Notes under the pieces: model-generated | What the model was told of the DNA's origin: nothing | What the model saw: the letters and a program-made list of their open reading frames with translations, nothing else | Databases searched by the model: none | Source: Candidatus Falkowbacteria bacterium | Lineage (GTDB): Bacteria > Patescibacteriota > Patescibacteriia > CAIXNZ01 | DNA: 64,000 nucleotides | Direction of reading: 5' to 3' | Assembly: GCA_016927685.1 (NCBI GenBank) | Contig: JAFGMD010000024.1 | Coordinates: 7,314-71,313 of the forward strand | Shown: one piece after another, positions 26,267 through 36,559 of the stretch | Numbering within the stretch: the first letter of the stretch is position 1 | How the letters are laid out: every line of letters begins with the position of its first letter | Position numbers and translations under genes: made by a program

Positions 26267-27655
26267 ATGAATACCCAACAAATTTGGCAAGCAGTGCTTG
26301 GTGAATTAGAACTCGGCTTGTCTAAGGCTAATTTTACCACATGGTTCAAGGGCACCTTTATATTAGAGCTCGAGGAACCCAAGGTTGTAATTGGCGTACC
26401 CAATGCTTTCACCAAAAGTTGGCTGGAAAAAAAATATACTTCTGACATAATTAAGGCTCTTAGAAATATCACGGAAAGCAACTTAAGAGAAATAATATTT
26501 AAAGTTGCTTCTTTAAAAAATATACAAAAGGAATCTGCCGAATTTAATAAAGAAGAGTCTCCCATGCAAAACAGACCTGTAATTTCTGTTGACTCTATCT
26601 CCAAGCGTCAAGCTCCTGTAAATAATTTTGGGCTAAACCCAAAATATACGTTTTCAACATTTGTGGTTGGCAAGAATAATGAACTGGCCCGTGCCGCAGC
26701 CATGGCTGTAGCCGGTAACCCGGGCGTTACTTACAACCCTCTTTTTATTTATGGAGGCGCTGGATTGGGGAAAACCCATTTATTACAAGCAATAGGCCAT
26801 GATATTGCCGCCCGAAATTTAGATAAAAAGGTCCTTTATTTAACCTGTGAAAAATTTACTAATGATTTTGTGAATGCCATGACTGCCGGTCACGGACGCG
26901 CTAACGACTTTAAGGACATATATCGTAATGTTGATGTTCTGTTAATCGATGACATTCAATTTATAGCAGGTAAGGAAGGAACTCAAGAAGAATTTTTCCA
27001 TACATTTAACGTTTTACACCAAAACAATAAACAAATCGTTTTGTCTTCGGATCGTCCGCCAAAATCCATTCCAGCGCTAGAAAACCGACTTTTAACTCGT
27101 TTTGAGTGGGGGATGATAGCTGATATATCTTTACCTGATTATGAAACCAGGCTAGCTATTTTAAAAAGCAAAACGCAAGAAAAAAATTATTCTCTAGACC
27201 AAGCTGTTTTAAATTATTTAGCCAATTCTATAGCTTCTAATATCAGAGAGCTGGAAGGCGCTTTAAACCGCATCGTTGCTTATCATCAATTAAATGGTCT
27301 GCCTCCGACTCTGGAAAGCGTGAAAAAAATATTGGCCACCCTGACAACAAACTTGCAAAAACGTTCCTTGACCGCTAAAGACATCATCCAAACCGTGGCT
27401 AATTTTTATGACGTCACAATTGATGATATTACTGGCAAGTCCCGCGAAAAAAAATTAGTTGTTCCGCGACAAATAATTATGTTTCTAATGAGAAACGAGA
27501 CCAAAAGCTCTTTCCCCGCGATTGGTACGGAGTTGGGGGGGCGCGACCATACAACAGCCATGCATGCAGTGGAAAAAATTCAAAACGATTATGATAATGA
27601 TGAAAAAATACGCAGGGAAATCGAACAACTTAAACAAAGAATGTATAATTTATAA
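26267..27655 (+). CDS. dnaA: Chromosomal replication initiator
   Basis: NPLFIYGGAGLGKTHL, LLIDDIQF, GGRDHTT. Confidence 0.99.
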   Translation: MNTQQIWQAVLGELELGLSKANFTTWFKGTFILELEEPKVVIGVPNAFTKSWLEKKYTSDIIKALRNITESNLREIIFKVASLKNIQKESAEFNKEESPMQNRPVISVDSISKRQAPVNNFGLNPKYTFSTFVVGKNNELARAAAMAVAGNPGVTYNPLFIYGGAGLGKTHLLQAIGHDIAARNLDKKVLYLTCEKFTNDFVNAMTAGHGRANDFKDIYRNVDVLLIDDIQFIAGKEGTQEEFFHTFNVLHQNNKQIVLSSDRPPKSIPALENRLLTRFEWGMIADISLPDYETRLAILKSKTQEKNYSLDQAVLNYLANSIASNIRELEGALNRIVAYHQLNGLPPTLESVKKILATLTTNLQKRSLTAKDIIQTVANFYDVTIDDITGKSREKKLVVPRQIIMFLMRNETKSSFPAIGTELGGRDHTTAMHAVEKIQNDYDNDEKIRREIEQLKQRMYNL

Positions 27656-27918
27656 TTACCTGTGTTTATTTTGGGGGAAAAGTATAATATTTTTGTGAAA
27701 AAGTTATGTAAATAAAAAGGATGAGGTCTGTAAATTTTTTTCTTTTCTCCTATATATTAAATTTACTCAAAACCCTTCCCCACAAAACCCACAAGCAAAT
27801 AAAATTTTTTTACACATCTTTTCAATATATATTTTTCAAAAATTCATAACAATAAACATATTTCTTCCCCTTATCCACAATACTATATAATATAACTATT
27901 TAATTTAATACAAAAATT
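27656..27918. other. Probable oriC (dnaA-dnaN intergenic region)
   Basis: Perfect DnaA box TTATCCACA at 27871..27879, degenerate boxes (TTCCCCACA, AAACCCACA, TGTGAAAAA) and an adjacent AT-rich stretch; more degenerate boxes upstream of dnaA. Confidence 0.75.
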
Positions 27919-29082
27919 ATGAAAATAACTTGTACACAGGAAAATTTAAAACGCGGGCTTAATTCGGTTTCTCATATTGCTAGCAAAAATACTTCCCTGC
28001 CAATATTAAGCAATGTTTTAATAAAAGCAGATAAGGGTTCGGTAAGTTTAACTACCACAAATCTAGAAATTGGCATACGTTGTTTGGTGCGTGCAAAAAT
28101 ATATAAAGACGGCAGCTTTACTGTTAATTCTAAACTTTTAACGGATTTTATCAATCTATTGCCAAACGAAAAAATTGATTTGGAACTTAAAGACGATATG
28201 TTAGAAGTATGGACTGAAAACCAAGAAACAAAAATGAAGGGTGATAGCGCTGAAGATTTCCCCCTCATACCACAAGTAGTAAAAAAGTCTGCGTATACTT
28301 GCAGGGTTGAAGATTTATTAAAAGCATTTACACAGGTTTTATTTGCGGTTTCAGTTTCTGAGACTAGGCCCGAGATTTCCGGAGTATATTTTAATTTTAG
28401 TGAAAATAATTTAACCATTGCCGCTACAGATAGTTACCGATTGGCCGAAAAAAAGATAAGATTGTCCGAAAACGTGAAAGAAGAAAAGGAGGTCATAATC
28501 CCAGCCAGAACCATACAAGAACTCTTTAGAATATTATCATCATATTCTGGCTCTGCTATTGGCGAAGAAGAGCCCGTTAGTTTAGATAAAATTGATATTT
28601 ATTTTGAAGAAAACCAGGTCTTGTTTGTATTTAATAATATTGAGCTTGTTTCCAGAATTATTGAAGGGCAATATCCAAATTATAAGCAAATAATACCCAC
28701 AACACACAAAACAAAAGCAATAGTCAATATCGCAGAATTTGTCAAAGCGGCTAAAACAGCCTCTTTGTTCTCGCGCACCGGCATTTACGATGTCAATTTA
28801 GAGCTAAAAGACGGCAAAATAACAGTTTTTTCTACAAACAGCCAGATGGGAGAAAGCAAATCCAAGGTTAACGGCAAGATCGAGGGGGATAATAATAAGG
28901 TAGTGATAAATTATCGTTATTTATTAGATGGTTTGCAAAATACTGATTCAACCGATGTTATATTTGAAATGATTGATGCAGCCAACCCTTGCGTGTTGAG
29001 ACCAGCTGAAAGCTTAGACGAGAAAAAAGAAGCCATTGCGGCAGAGGATTATTTGTATATAATAATGCCCATAAAACAATAA
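27919..29082 (+). CDS. dnaN: DNA polymerase III beta clamp
   Basis: LPILSNVLI, AATDSYRLAE, SRIIEGQYPNY, YIIMPIK. Confidence 0.97.
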   Translation: MKITCTQENLKRGLNSVSHIASKNTSLPILSNVLIKADKGSVSLTTTNLEIGIRCLVRAKIYKDGSFTVNSKLLTDFINLLPNEKIDLELKDDMLEVWTENQETKMKGDSAEDFPLIPQVVKKSAYTCRVEDLLKAFTQVLFAVSVSETRPEISGVYFNFSENNLTIAATDSYRLAEKKIRLSENVKEEKEVIIPARTIQELFRILSSYSGSAIGEEEPVSLDKIDIYFEENQVLFVFNNIELVSRIIEGQYPNYKQIIPTTHKTKAIVNIAEFVKAAKTASLFSRTGIYDVNLELKDGKITVFSTNSQMGESKSKVNGKIEGDNNKVVINYRYLLDGLQNTDSTDVIFEMIDAANPCVLRPAESLDEKKEAIAAEDYLYIIMPIKQ

Positions 29083-29136
29083 AAAATTGGGGGTAAATAA
29101 GGCAGCCCTAATCTAGCTGCCTTTATTAATAAAAGT

Positions 29137-29847
29137 ATGCCAAAATTAATTTTTGATATAGAAACCGTGGGGGAAGATTTTGATTCCCTAGACCAAGACA
29201 CGCAAAAAGCTCTCACGCGCTGGTTAAAGCGCGAAATTTTTAGCGACGAGGATTATCAGGCTAAGATGATTGAAATAAAAAATGGCCTGGGCTTTTCACC
29301 CTTAACAGGCGAAATAGTTGCCTTGGGCGTTTTAGACGTAGAATCAGATAAAGGGGTAGTTTATTATCAGGCACCAGGAGAAAAAACAGAAGAAACCGAA
29401 AAAGATGGCATAAAATATAAGCTGACTACCGAAAAAGAGATGCTGGAGAAATTTTGGCAAGGAGCCGCCAAATATTCCGAATTTATCAGTTTTAACGGTC
29501 GAGCTTTTGATGTTCCTTATTTGATGATTCGTTCCGCGGTACATAGCATAAGACCAACCAAAAATTTATTATCAAATCGTTATGTAAATAGCCAGAGGTC
29601 CGACGCGCTTCATCTCGACCTGATTGATCAGCTGTCTTTTTATGGCGCTATGCAACGCAAGGGCAGTCTGCATCTTTATTGCCGCGTTTTCGGCATAAAA
29701 AGCCCAAAGACAGAGGGGATTACTGGCGATGATGTGTCAAAACTATTTAAAAATAAAGAATACAAAAAAATCGCTGAATATAATTCTTGGGACTTGCGCG
29801 CCACGCGCGAACTTTATGAAAAATGGGATAAATATTTAAATATATAA
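29137..29847 (+). CDS. Stand-alone DEDD 3'-5' exonuclease (PolB-exo/RNase H-like)
   Basis: FDIET, SFNGRAFDVPYL, YNSWD. Confidence 0.85.
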   Translation: MPKLIFDIETVGEDFDSLDQDTQKALTRWLKREIFSDEDYQAKMIEIKNGLGFSPLTGEIVALGVLDVESDKGVVYYQAPGEKTEETEKDGIKYKLTTEKEMLEKFWQGAAKYSEFISFNGRAFDVPYLMIRSAVHSIRPTKNLLSNRYVNSQRSDALHLDLIDQLSFYGAMQRKGSLHLYCRVFGIKSPKTEGITGDDVSKLFKNKEYKKIAEYNSWDLRATRELYEKWDKYLNI

Positions 29848-29849
29848 TA

Positions 29850-30755
29850 ATGCTTTGGTTATATATCACAATCGGTGCGTATTTACTATTTGCCCTAGCC
29901 AATATCGGGGACAAATTAATGGTGAGCAAATACGAAACAAAGCCAATCGTATATGCTTTTTATGTCGGGGCTTTGGGCGCTCTTAGTTTTACTTTAATAC
30001 CGTTTGGCGTGATAATTCCTGGCTTTAACCATCTTTTTTGGTCGCTTTGCGGAGGTCCGGCTTTTGTGGTGGCATTATATTTTATGTATAAAGCGTTCCA
30101 TGCCGGCGAAACAACCAGGGCAGTAACAATTTTAGGCGGCACGAGCCCAATTTTTACATACATTTTTTCTTCATTCTTTATACCCGAGTCATTAAAATGG
30201 ACAGAAATTTTTGCTTTTGTTGTATTGGTTATTGCTATTATTATTATTTCTTGGCCATCTAAAGACCATGATCATGAAGGAAAAAAAACGCTCAAGAAAC
30301 AGGCCCGCTTTGCTTTATATGCCGGTATAGCTTTTGCTGCCAGCTATGTATTTGCAAAATATGCTTATGCTCACCAGCCATTTATTTCGGGTTTCTTTTG
30401 GGTTAGAATGGGCGGTTTTTTAGCGGCTTTAGTGATTTATTTGATTCCTAGATACAAGAAATTTATAAAAGAAGACCTTAAAAAGCCAAAGAAAAGCAAA
30501 AAAGCCGGTCTATTAGTAGCCGTACAGATCTTGGGGGGTGCGGGCGTTGTTGGCCAAAGCTATGCTCTTTCATTGACAAGCGCCAGTTTAGTAAATGCCT
30601 TGCAGGCGATCCAATATGCCTTTATATTTTTGTTGGCGGCCATTTTGGGCAGAAAGTACAGTGTTTTAAAGGAAAAATTTACTCGTGCCGAGATTATCCG
30701 CAAAATAATTGCTATAATATTAATAGGCATTGGTTTATATTTTTTAACCATTTAG
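29850..30755 (+). CDS. DMT/EamA family transporter
   Basis: About 10 TM helices in two repeats. Confidence 0.75.
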   Translation: MLWLYITIGAYLLFALANIGDKLMVSKYETKPIVYAFYVGALGALSFTLIPFGVIIPGFNHLFWSLCGGPAFVVALYFMYKAFHAGETTRAVTILGGTSPIFTYIFSSFFIPESLKWTEIFAFVVLVIAIIIISWPSKDHDHEGKKTLKKQARFALYAGIAFAASYVFAKYAYAHQPFISGFFWVRMGGFLAALVIYLIPRYKKFIKEDLKKPKKSKKAGLLVAVQILGGAGVVGQSYALSLTSASLVNALQAIQYAFIFLLAAILGRKYSVLKEKFTRAEIIRKIIAIILIGIGLYFLTI

Positions 30756-30761
30756 AGCATT

Positions 30762-31760
30762 ATGAGCAAAAGAACTAAACTAGTTTTTGGTAGCATCTTT
30801 TTTTGTATAGTTTTGATAGCTATATTTTTTTATATATTAGCAATATATACATACAACCCCAATAAACAAATTGTGTATGGCGTTACTTTTTCCAAAAAAT
30901 TCGCTAAACAGATGAATCTAAACTGGCAAGAAACATATAATGCAATTTTAGACGATTTAAAAGTAAAATATATTAGAATACCGACTTATTGGGATGAAAT
31001 TCAGCCGGAAAGAGATATTTATAATTATAATGATATTGATTGGATGATAGATGAAGCGGCTAAAAGGGATGTTAGAATAATTTTAGTTTTAGGCAGGCGT
31101 CAGCCGCGTTGGCCTGAGTGCCACGATCCGGCTTGGGCTAAGGGCATGAGCCAAGAAGAATTAAGACCAATAATTTTAGATAATATTAAAAGAACCGTGG
31201 AAAAATACAAAAATAACCAAGCCATTGAAATTTGGCAGGTAGAAAACGAACCATTTTTAGATTTTTTTGGAGAATGTCATAAAATGACCAAAGATGAGGT
31301 GAAAGAAGAAGTGGACTTAGTGCGCTCGCTTGATAACCGTAGAATTATGTTAACTGATTCTGGCGAATTAAGCACATGGTTCCCCTTAATTAAAATGGCT
31401 GATTTGTTTGGCACTACTTTGTATAGAATTACTTGGAATGATTATATCGGTTATTGGCGTTATTATATTCTTTACCCCTCTTTTTATCGTATTAAGGCCT
31501 TTATTTGGAGTAAGCCGCAAGAAGCTATGTATGTAGCTGAATTACAAGCAGAGCCCTGGTTTCCACACGATCCACCCAATACGCCGGTAGAAGAACAATT
31601 TAAGTCCATGAATGCAAAAATTTTAGTTGAAAATGCTGAATTTGCAAATAAAACAAATTTTTATCGAGCATATTTTTGGGGAGTGGAATGGTGGTATTGG
31701 CTAAAAATAATAAAAAATGATAATTCGGTTTGGGAGGCGGCTAGAAAATATTTTAAATAA
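30762..31760 (+). CDS. Membrane-anchored clan GH-A glycoside hydrolase-like protein
   Basis: IRIPTYWDEIQP, WQVENEP (acid/base), AELQAEPW (nucleophile). Confidence 0.75.
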   Translation: MSKRTKLVFGSIFFCIVLIAIFFYILAIYTYNPNKQIVYGVTFSKKFAKQMNLNWQETYNAILDDLKVKYIRIPTYWDEIQPERDIYNYNDIDWMIDEAAKRDVRIILVLGRRQPRWPECHDPAWAKGMSQEELRPIILDNIKRTVEKYKNNQAIEIWQVENEPFLDFFGECHKMTKDEVKEEVDLVRSLDNRRIMLTDSGELSTWFPLIKMADLFGTTLYRITWNDYIGYWRYYILYPSFYRIKAFIWSKPQEAMYVAELQAEPWFPHDPPNTPVEEQFKSMNAKILVENAEFANKTNFYRAYFWGVEWWYWLKIIKNDNSVWEAARKYFK

Positions 31761-31816
31761 ACAGAATTGACAAGAAGTCATAAATTTGCTAAGTTTCCAT
31801 CAAAGGAGGGGTTAGA

Positions 31817-32302
31817 ATGAGATATAAAAGAGATCTTTTTTGTGCAGAAAATATGGGGTTTTGCGTGGGAATCAACAGTCTTAAAAAAATGGGCGCCAGT
31901 GAAAAAGATATCGAAGAGGTGATAATTCAAGTTTTAGCCCTGCGGCTCCATTTAAATGCCGTTGTCTCCAAGTCATCCGTTTACGTGCGAAATTGTGAGT
32001 GGCAGAGGCAGTGCAACAAAAAGTGGGGCGGGTATGCGAAAGAATTACTCGATATGCCAAAAAGCGTTAATCTCAGGATTTCTAGTGAAGAACGCCGTAC
32101 TCTTGCCAAAGAATATAAAATTTTTACGGACTTTTTCTTTAGGAAAAGCAAAATGAGCGTTGCCCAAATAGCAGAAAAACATGGTCAGACAAGGGGTAGT
32201 ATTTACGCTTACTTTAAGCGGTATTTAATGCTTCTAAGGCATCCCAGAAACAAGCAGGAAATCTACCAGCGGCTGCTGGAAAGAGTTATGGTTCAGAATT
32301 AA
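31817..32302 (+). CDS. Hypothetical protein with C-terminal sigma-region-4-like HTH
   Basis: MSVAQIAEKHGQTRGSIYAYFKRYLMLLRHP; TTGACA promoter, SD AAAGGAGG, terminator aaaatagacccag/ctgggtctatttt. Confidence 0.6.
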   Translation: MRYKRDLFCAENMGFCVGINSLKKMGASEKDIEEVIIQVLALRLHLNAVVSKSSVYVRNCEWQRQCNKKWGGYAKELLDMPKSVNLRISSEERRTLAKEYKIFTDFFFRKSKMSVAQIAEKHGQTRGSIYAYFKRYLMLLRHPRNKQEIYQRLLERVMVQN

Positions 32303-32350
32303 ATAAAAATAGACCCAGTATAAAAACTGGGTCTATTTTATTTGAATATA

Positions 32351-34927
32351 TTATATTTTATATTTGAGATTAAGCTCTATTTCCACCGATGATGAATTAT
32401 CAATATCGTCATACGCCGTTACTTTTAATTTGTGGTAGCCGTGTGCAAAGCCGTTGAGAGTTGTCGTAAGATTATAAGGTGACATATAAGATGTCCCGAT
32501 GTTAATACCATCAATTTCATAAACGACGCGGCTTAGCGCTCGCGGTGCGCTGACTTGGACCTGAAAATTAACAGGGTTAGATTCTATGAGTTGCTGGTTT
32601 GCGGGGGAGAGCAAGGTAATCGTCGGGAAATTTATTGGAACATGAACATCGTCTGTCGTGGTTGGTGGCTCTTCAAAAATATATGTTTGTCCGCTTTCTT
32701 GTGCTTGTTTTTCATACCATTGTTTAACGCCATCTTCCCACCATTGAAACATTGGGTCGCTAGAAGGGTTAGTTGGCGGAGGTCCAGCTGGATTATCTTT
32801 GTCTATATAAAATAAAATATCATGAGCAACAGTAAATTTCTTTTTTTCTCTGAATGTGATTGGTGTATATTCGGTTGCTAATTTACCAGATGCGCGATCA
32901 ATTTCAACTTCAACTTCTCCAGGCATTTGTCCGCGTAAAATCGCAGGCAAAGAAGTGTCTAAGGGCTCGGGTTCTTTAAAATATTCAACGGGCGTGCCAC
33001 TTAAAATTTTAGCCATATATTCGTGCCAAATAGGAGCTGCTACCACAACACCGTCTGCACTGCCCGACATGCTCTCTCCTCTGTTATTGCCAACCCAGAC
33101 GCCTGTTACAAATGAAGGAGTATATCCTATAGCCCAGGCGTCTTTATTGTCGTTAGTCGTGCCAGTTTTTGCGCAGACAGGCCTGTCTTTTAATACCAAA
33201 GGAGAACCAGAACCAAAAATAAAAGAACGAGCGCCGTCGTCAGAAAGAATGCTGTTAATTTGCCTGACAGAGCTTTCCGATAAAACTTTATGTTTTTTGG
33301 GTTGGAATTCTTCTAATATTTTCCCCGTTTTATCTTCAACCTTTAAAATGCCTGCCAACTCAGATCTCTCTCCGTCACGGGCAAAGGCAGTAAAAGCGCC
33401 AACATGATCAATTAATTTTACTTCGCAGCCGCCAAGGACAAGCGCCAAGCCACATTGACTTTCATCAGTTATTGTTGAATATCCCATATTTTTCATCAAA
33501 TTTTTAACATTTTCATAGCCAGCCAGATATAAAGTTTTTACCGCAGGGATATTTAATGAGCCAGCAAGAGCACGGCGCAAAGTTATTGGTCCATATTCTT
33601 TTTTATTATAGTTCCTTGGTGCATATTCTTTTGGGCTTTTAGCAAAAATTGTGTAAGCATCGTATAGCACGGTTTCGGTAGTAAAGCCTTTTTCAAAGGC
33701 TGCCGCGTAAATAATAGGTTTTATAGACGAGCCCGGCTGCCGCGCTTTGATTGTGACATTAACCTGGCCGTCAATATCATTATTATTAAAGTCCTGCGAA
33801 CCGACCATGGCTAAAATTTCTCCAGTTTTAGCGTCAACAGAAAGCAAGGCCGCATTCGTCGCTTTATATGTTAAATTTTTTTCATTAGCGTTATGAACAG
33901 CATCCTCCGCGATTTTTTGTTTTTCCAAATCTAATGTAGAGGTTATTTTTAAACCACCTTTTTCCAGCGTTTCTTCGCCGTATTTTTCAGCCAATATTTC
34001 TTTGATATAAAAGACAAAATGCGGAGCAATTATGCCACCAACATTTTCTTGGCTAAATGTAACTTTTTCTGCCTTTGCCGAGTCTGCCTCTTCTTGTGTG
34101 ATATAACCATCTTGAGCCATTTCATTTAAAATCCATTTTTGTCTGTTGAATAATTCATCAACATGAGAGCCAAAAGGAGAAAGGCGCGTTGGGGCTTGAG
34201 GTAAGGCGGCTAAAATAGCGGCTTCAGCCAAGGTTACATCAGAGGCATGTTTGCCGAGATAATAATTGGCTGCTGACTCTACGCCATAATTTACCGAGCC
34301 ATAAGGGATTTGGTTAAAATACATTTTAAGAATTTGATCTTTGGTAAATTTTTTTTCAATTTGATAAGAGAGTATAAGCTCTTTTAACTTGCGCGAAATT
34401 TTCTTTTCCCTTGTTAAAATTACATTTTTGACTAGTTGTTGCGTTATAGTTGAACCGCCTTGCGCCCTACTGCCGCTTAAAATATCAAATATTATTGAAC
34501 GAATAATACTGGTGATTTTGAATCCCTTGTGTTTATAAAAATTTTTATCTTCTGCAGAAATGGTTGCCCATTTGATATAGTCAGAAATTTGGTCAAGCTC
34601 AACAATGGTGCGCCTTTCACCGCCATGCATTTCCCAAAGGATTGTTTTACCGGTACGGTCAAGAATTTTTGTTGATTCTGGGACAACGCGGTTTACCATT
34701 TCATTGGGGTCTGGCAGGTCATGAGAATACCAGGCAATTAAGCCGACAAAAATTATTCCACCCGCTAGACAACCGATAATGCAAACAATAATCAGGTTTG
34801 GCAGAATGCTTTTTATATCCCATTTGCTTTTTTTAAAAAAATTAAAATTAAGCCTTTTTAACGGGCTTTTTCTTTTCTTGTATTTTTGCCAGGATTTGGG
34901 AGAGCGAGTGAGTTGAGAAATCGGCAT
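32351..34927 (-). CDS. Class A penicillin-binding protein (transglycosylase + transpeptidase + Ig-like domain)
   Basis: AEDKNFYKH, QGGSTITQQLVKN, RQPGSSIK, SLN, KTGT. Confidence 0.95.
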   Translation of the reverse strand: MPISQLTRSPKSWQKYKKRKSPLKRLNFNFFKKSKWDIKSILPNLIIVCIIGCLAGGIIFVGLIAWYSHDLPDPNEMVNRVVPESTKILDRTGKTILWEMHGGERRTIVELDQISDYIKWATISAEDKNFYKHKGFKITSIIRSIIFDILSGSRAQGGSTITQQLVKNVILTREKKISRKLKELILSYQIEKKFTKDQILKMYFNQIPYGSVNYGVESAANYYLGKHASDVTLAEAAILAALPQAPTRLSPFGSHVDELFNRQKWILNEMAQDGYITQEEADSAKAEKVTFSQENVGGIIAPHFVFYIKEILAEKYGEETLEKGGLKITSTLDLEKQKIAEDAVHNANEKNLTYKATNAALLSVDAKTGEILAMVGSQDFNNNDIDGQVNVTIKARQPGSSIKPIIYAAAFEKGFTTETVLYDAYTIFAKSPKEYAPRNYNKKEYGPITLRRALAGSLNIPAVKTLYLAGYENVKNLMKNMGYSTITDESQCGLALVLGGCEVKLIDHVGAFTAFARDGERSELAGILKVEDKTGKILEEFQPKKHKVLSESSVRQINSILSDDGARSFIFGSGSPLVLKDRPVCAKTGTTNDNKDAWAIGYTPSFVTGVWVGNNRGESMSGSADGVVVAAPIWHEYMAKILSGTPVEYFKEPEPLDTSLPAILRGQMPGEVEVEIDRASGKLATEYTPITFREKKKFTVAHDILFYIDKDNPAGPPPTNPSSDPMFQWWEDGVKQWYEKQAQESGQTYIFEEPPTTTDDVHVPINFPTITLLSPANQQLIESNPVNFQVQVSAPRALSRVVYEIDGINIGTSYMSPYNLTTTLNGFAHGYHKLKVTAYDDIDNSSSVEIELNLKYKI

Positions 34928-34999
34928 TATTTTGAGATTATAAAGTAATTGAAATTATGCCTATTATATAATATTTTAATAAATTTTTCAAGACTAGAA

Positions 35000-35506
35000 T
35001 TAAGCTCCTGTCTTCTCTAAAAATTTTTTGCAATTTATATAGGTTAGGGCAATAGCCAGGGCATCGGCAGCATCGTCGGGCCTAGGCACTGATTTTAGGG
35101 ATAGCAAAATTTTAACCATATCTTGGACTTGGCATTTTTGTGCCTTGCCATAGCCGCAAACCGACTGCTTTACCTGTAAGGGCGTAAATTCATAAAGGGG
35201 CAGTTTATTTAAAATAGCAGTTAATAATATTACGCCGCGGGCTTGTCCGACTAAGAGGGCAGTTTTTACATTTTTACAGAAAAAAAGCTGTTCAGCCACC
35301 AAAACGTCAGGTTTGTATTTTTTTATTAATTTATTTAAAGATTGATGTATGAATTTCAAGCGCATTGAAAAATTTTCTTTGCTTGAAGTGCAAACAACGC
35401 CATAATCTAAAACCTCCATTTTTTTTCCGCTTTTAATAAAAGCATAGCCAGTTGTAGCTAAGCCCGGATCAATGCCCAACACTATTATATTTGTTTTGCT
35501 AGTCAT
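35000..35506 (-). CDS. ruvC: Holliday junction resolvase
   Basis: LGIDPG, EQLFF, GQARGV, DDAADALAIA. Confidence 0.96.
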   Translation of the reverse strand: MTSKTNIIVLGIDPGLATTGYAFIKSGKKMEVLDYGVVCTSSKENFSMRLKFIHQSLNKLIKKYKPDVLVAEQLFFCKNVKTALLVGQARGVILLTAILNKLPLYEFTPLQVKQSVCGYGKAQKCQVQDMVKILLSLKSVPRPDDAADALAIALTYINCKKFLEKTGA

Positions 35507-35585
35507 TATATTTGTAATTTTAGCAAATTTTTTGTTTTTAATAAAGATAATAAAACGCCCCGGGGATTTTTATTTGGGGCGCCAC

Positions 35586-36311
35586 TTATTTTATATTTGA
35601 GAAATAATTATCAACGTCTTCCATTTCATCAAGCGCTTCAAAAAGTTCTTCATTTTTTTCCTGCGTTGTTGGATCAACTGCGATTTTTTCTTTGGCTATA
35701 TATTCTATTTCAGCATAATCAGGGGTTAATTCAATATCCTCTAGTCCCTTATTTACTTTTTGCAGGTCTTCCAGTTTTGTATAAATAAGCAGCGAGTCTT
35801 CTTCTTTAATAATTTCTTGTGCGCCAAGGTCAATAATTTTTAATTCTAATTCATCTAAATTTTTACCTTCTAATTTTTCTTTTAAAATTCTAATTACACC
35901 CTTTAATTCGTATTGCCACATCACCGCATTTTTACCAGCCAAAGAACCGCCATGAGCGGCAAGAACATGTTTTATTTCAGAGGCGGTGCGATTTTTATTA
36001 TCACTTAAACACTTGATAATTAATGTAATACCACCCGGCCCAAACCCCTCGTAAAGTAACTCTTCAATTATCTCGCCTTTAATTTCGCCAGTGCCACGTT
36101 TAATAGCGCGCTCTATATTTTCTTTGGGCATATTAGCCGTTCTAGCTCTTTCTATGGCTAGCCTCAAAGAAAAATTTGTTGCAGGATCGCCGCCTTTTTC
36201 TCTGGCTGCTACAGTGATGCCCTTGCCTAATTTAGTGAAGAGATTTGCTCGCTTAGCATCAGTAACTGCTTTTTGCCTTTTTGTGGTCGCCCACTTTGAA
36301 TGGCCGCTCAT
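35586..36311 (-). CDS. yebC: YebC/PmpR family protein
   Basis: MSGHSKWATTK, YEGFGPGG, DNKNRT. Confidence 0.95.
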   Translation of the reverse strand: MSGHSKWATTKRQKAVTDAKRANLFTKLGKGITVAAREKGGDPATNFSLRLAIERARTANMPKENIERAIKRGTGEIKGEIIEELLYEGFGPGGITLIIKCLSDNKNRTASEIKHVLAAHGGSLAGKNAVMWQYELKGVIRILKEKLEGKNLDELELKIIDLGAQEIIKEEDSLLIYTKLEDLQKVNKGLEDIELTPDYAEIEYIAKEKIAVDPTTQEKNEELFEALDEMEDVDNYFSNIK

Positions 36312-36559
36312 ATAAAATAATTCAGTTAATAATATTATCTTGATTTTAGTAAATTTTCAGCAATTAATCAAGTTACGTTTTTTCTATCCACAGAAATTTT
36401 CTTGCTTAATTTAGTATAAATGATATACTAAAGATATAAATTTTGGGGGAATGCATATTAAGGAGGAAATGCAATTTAAATAACAAACTATGACAAAACA
36501 ACCCTGTTTCATTATTTTGCGCCCATGCTTAGCAAAATAATGAGCGGGGTTTTTATAAT

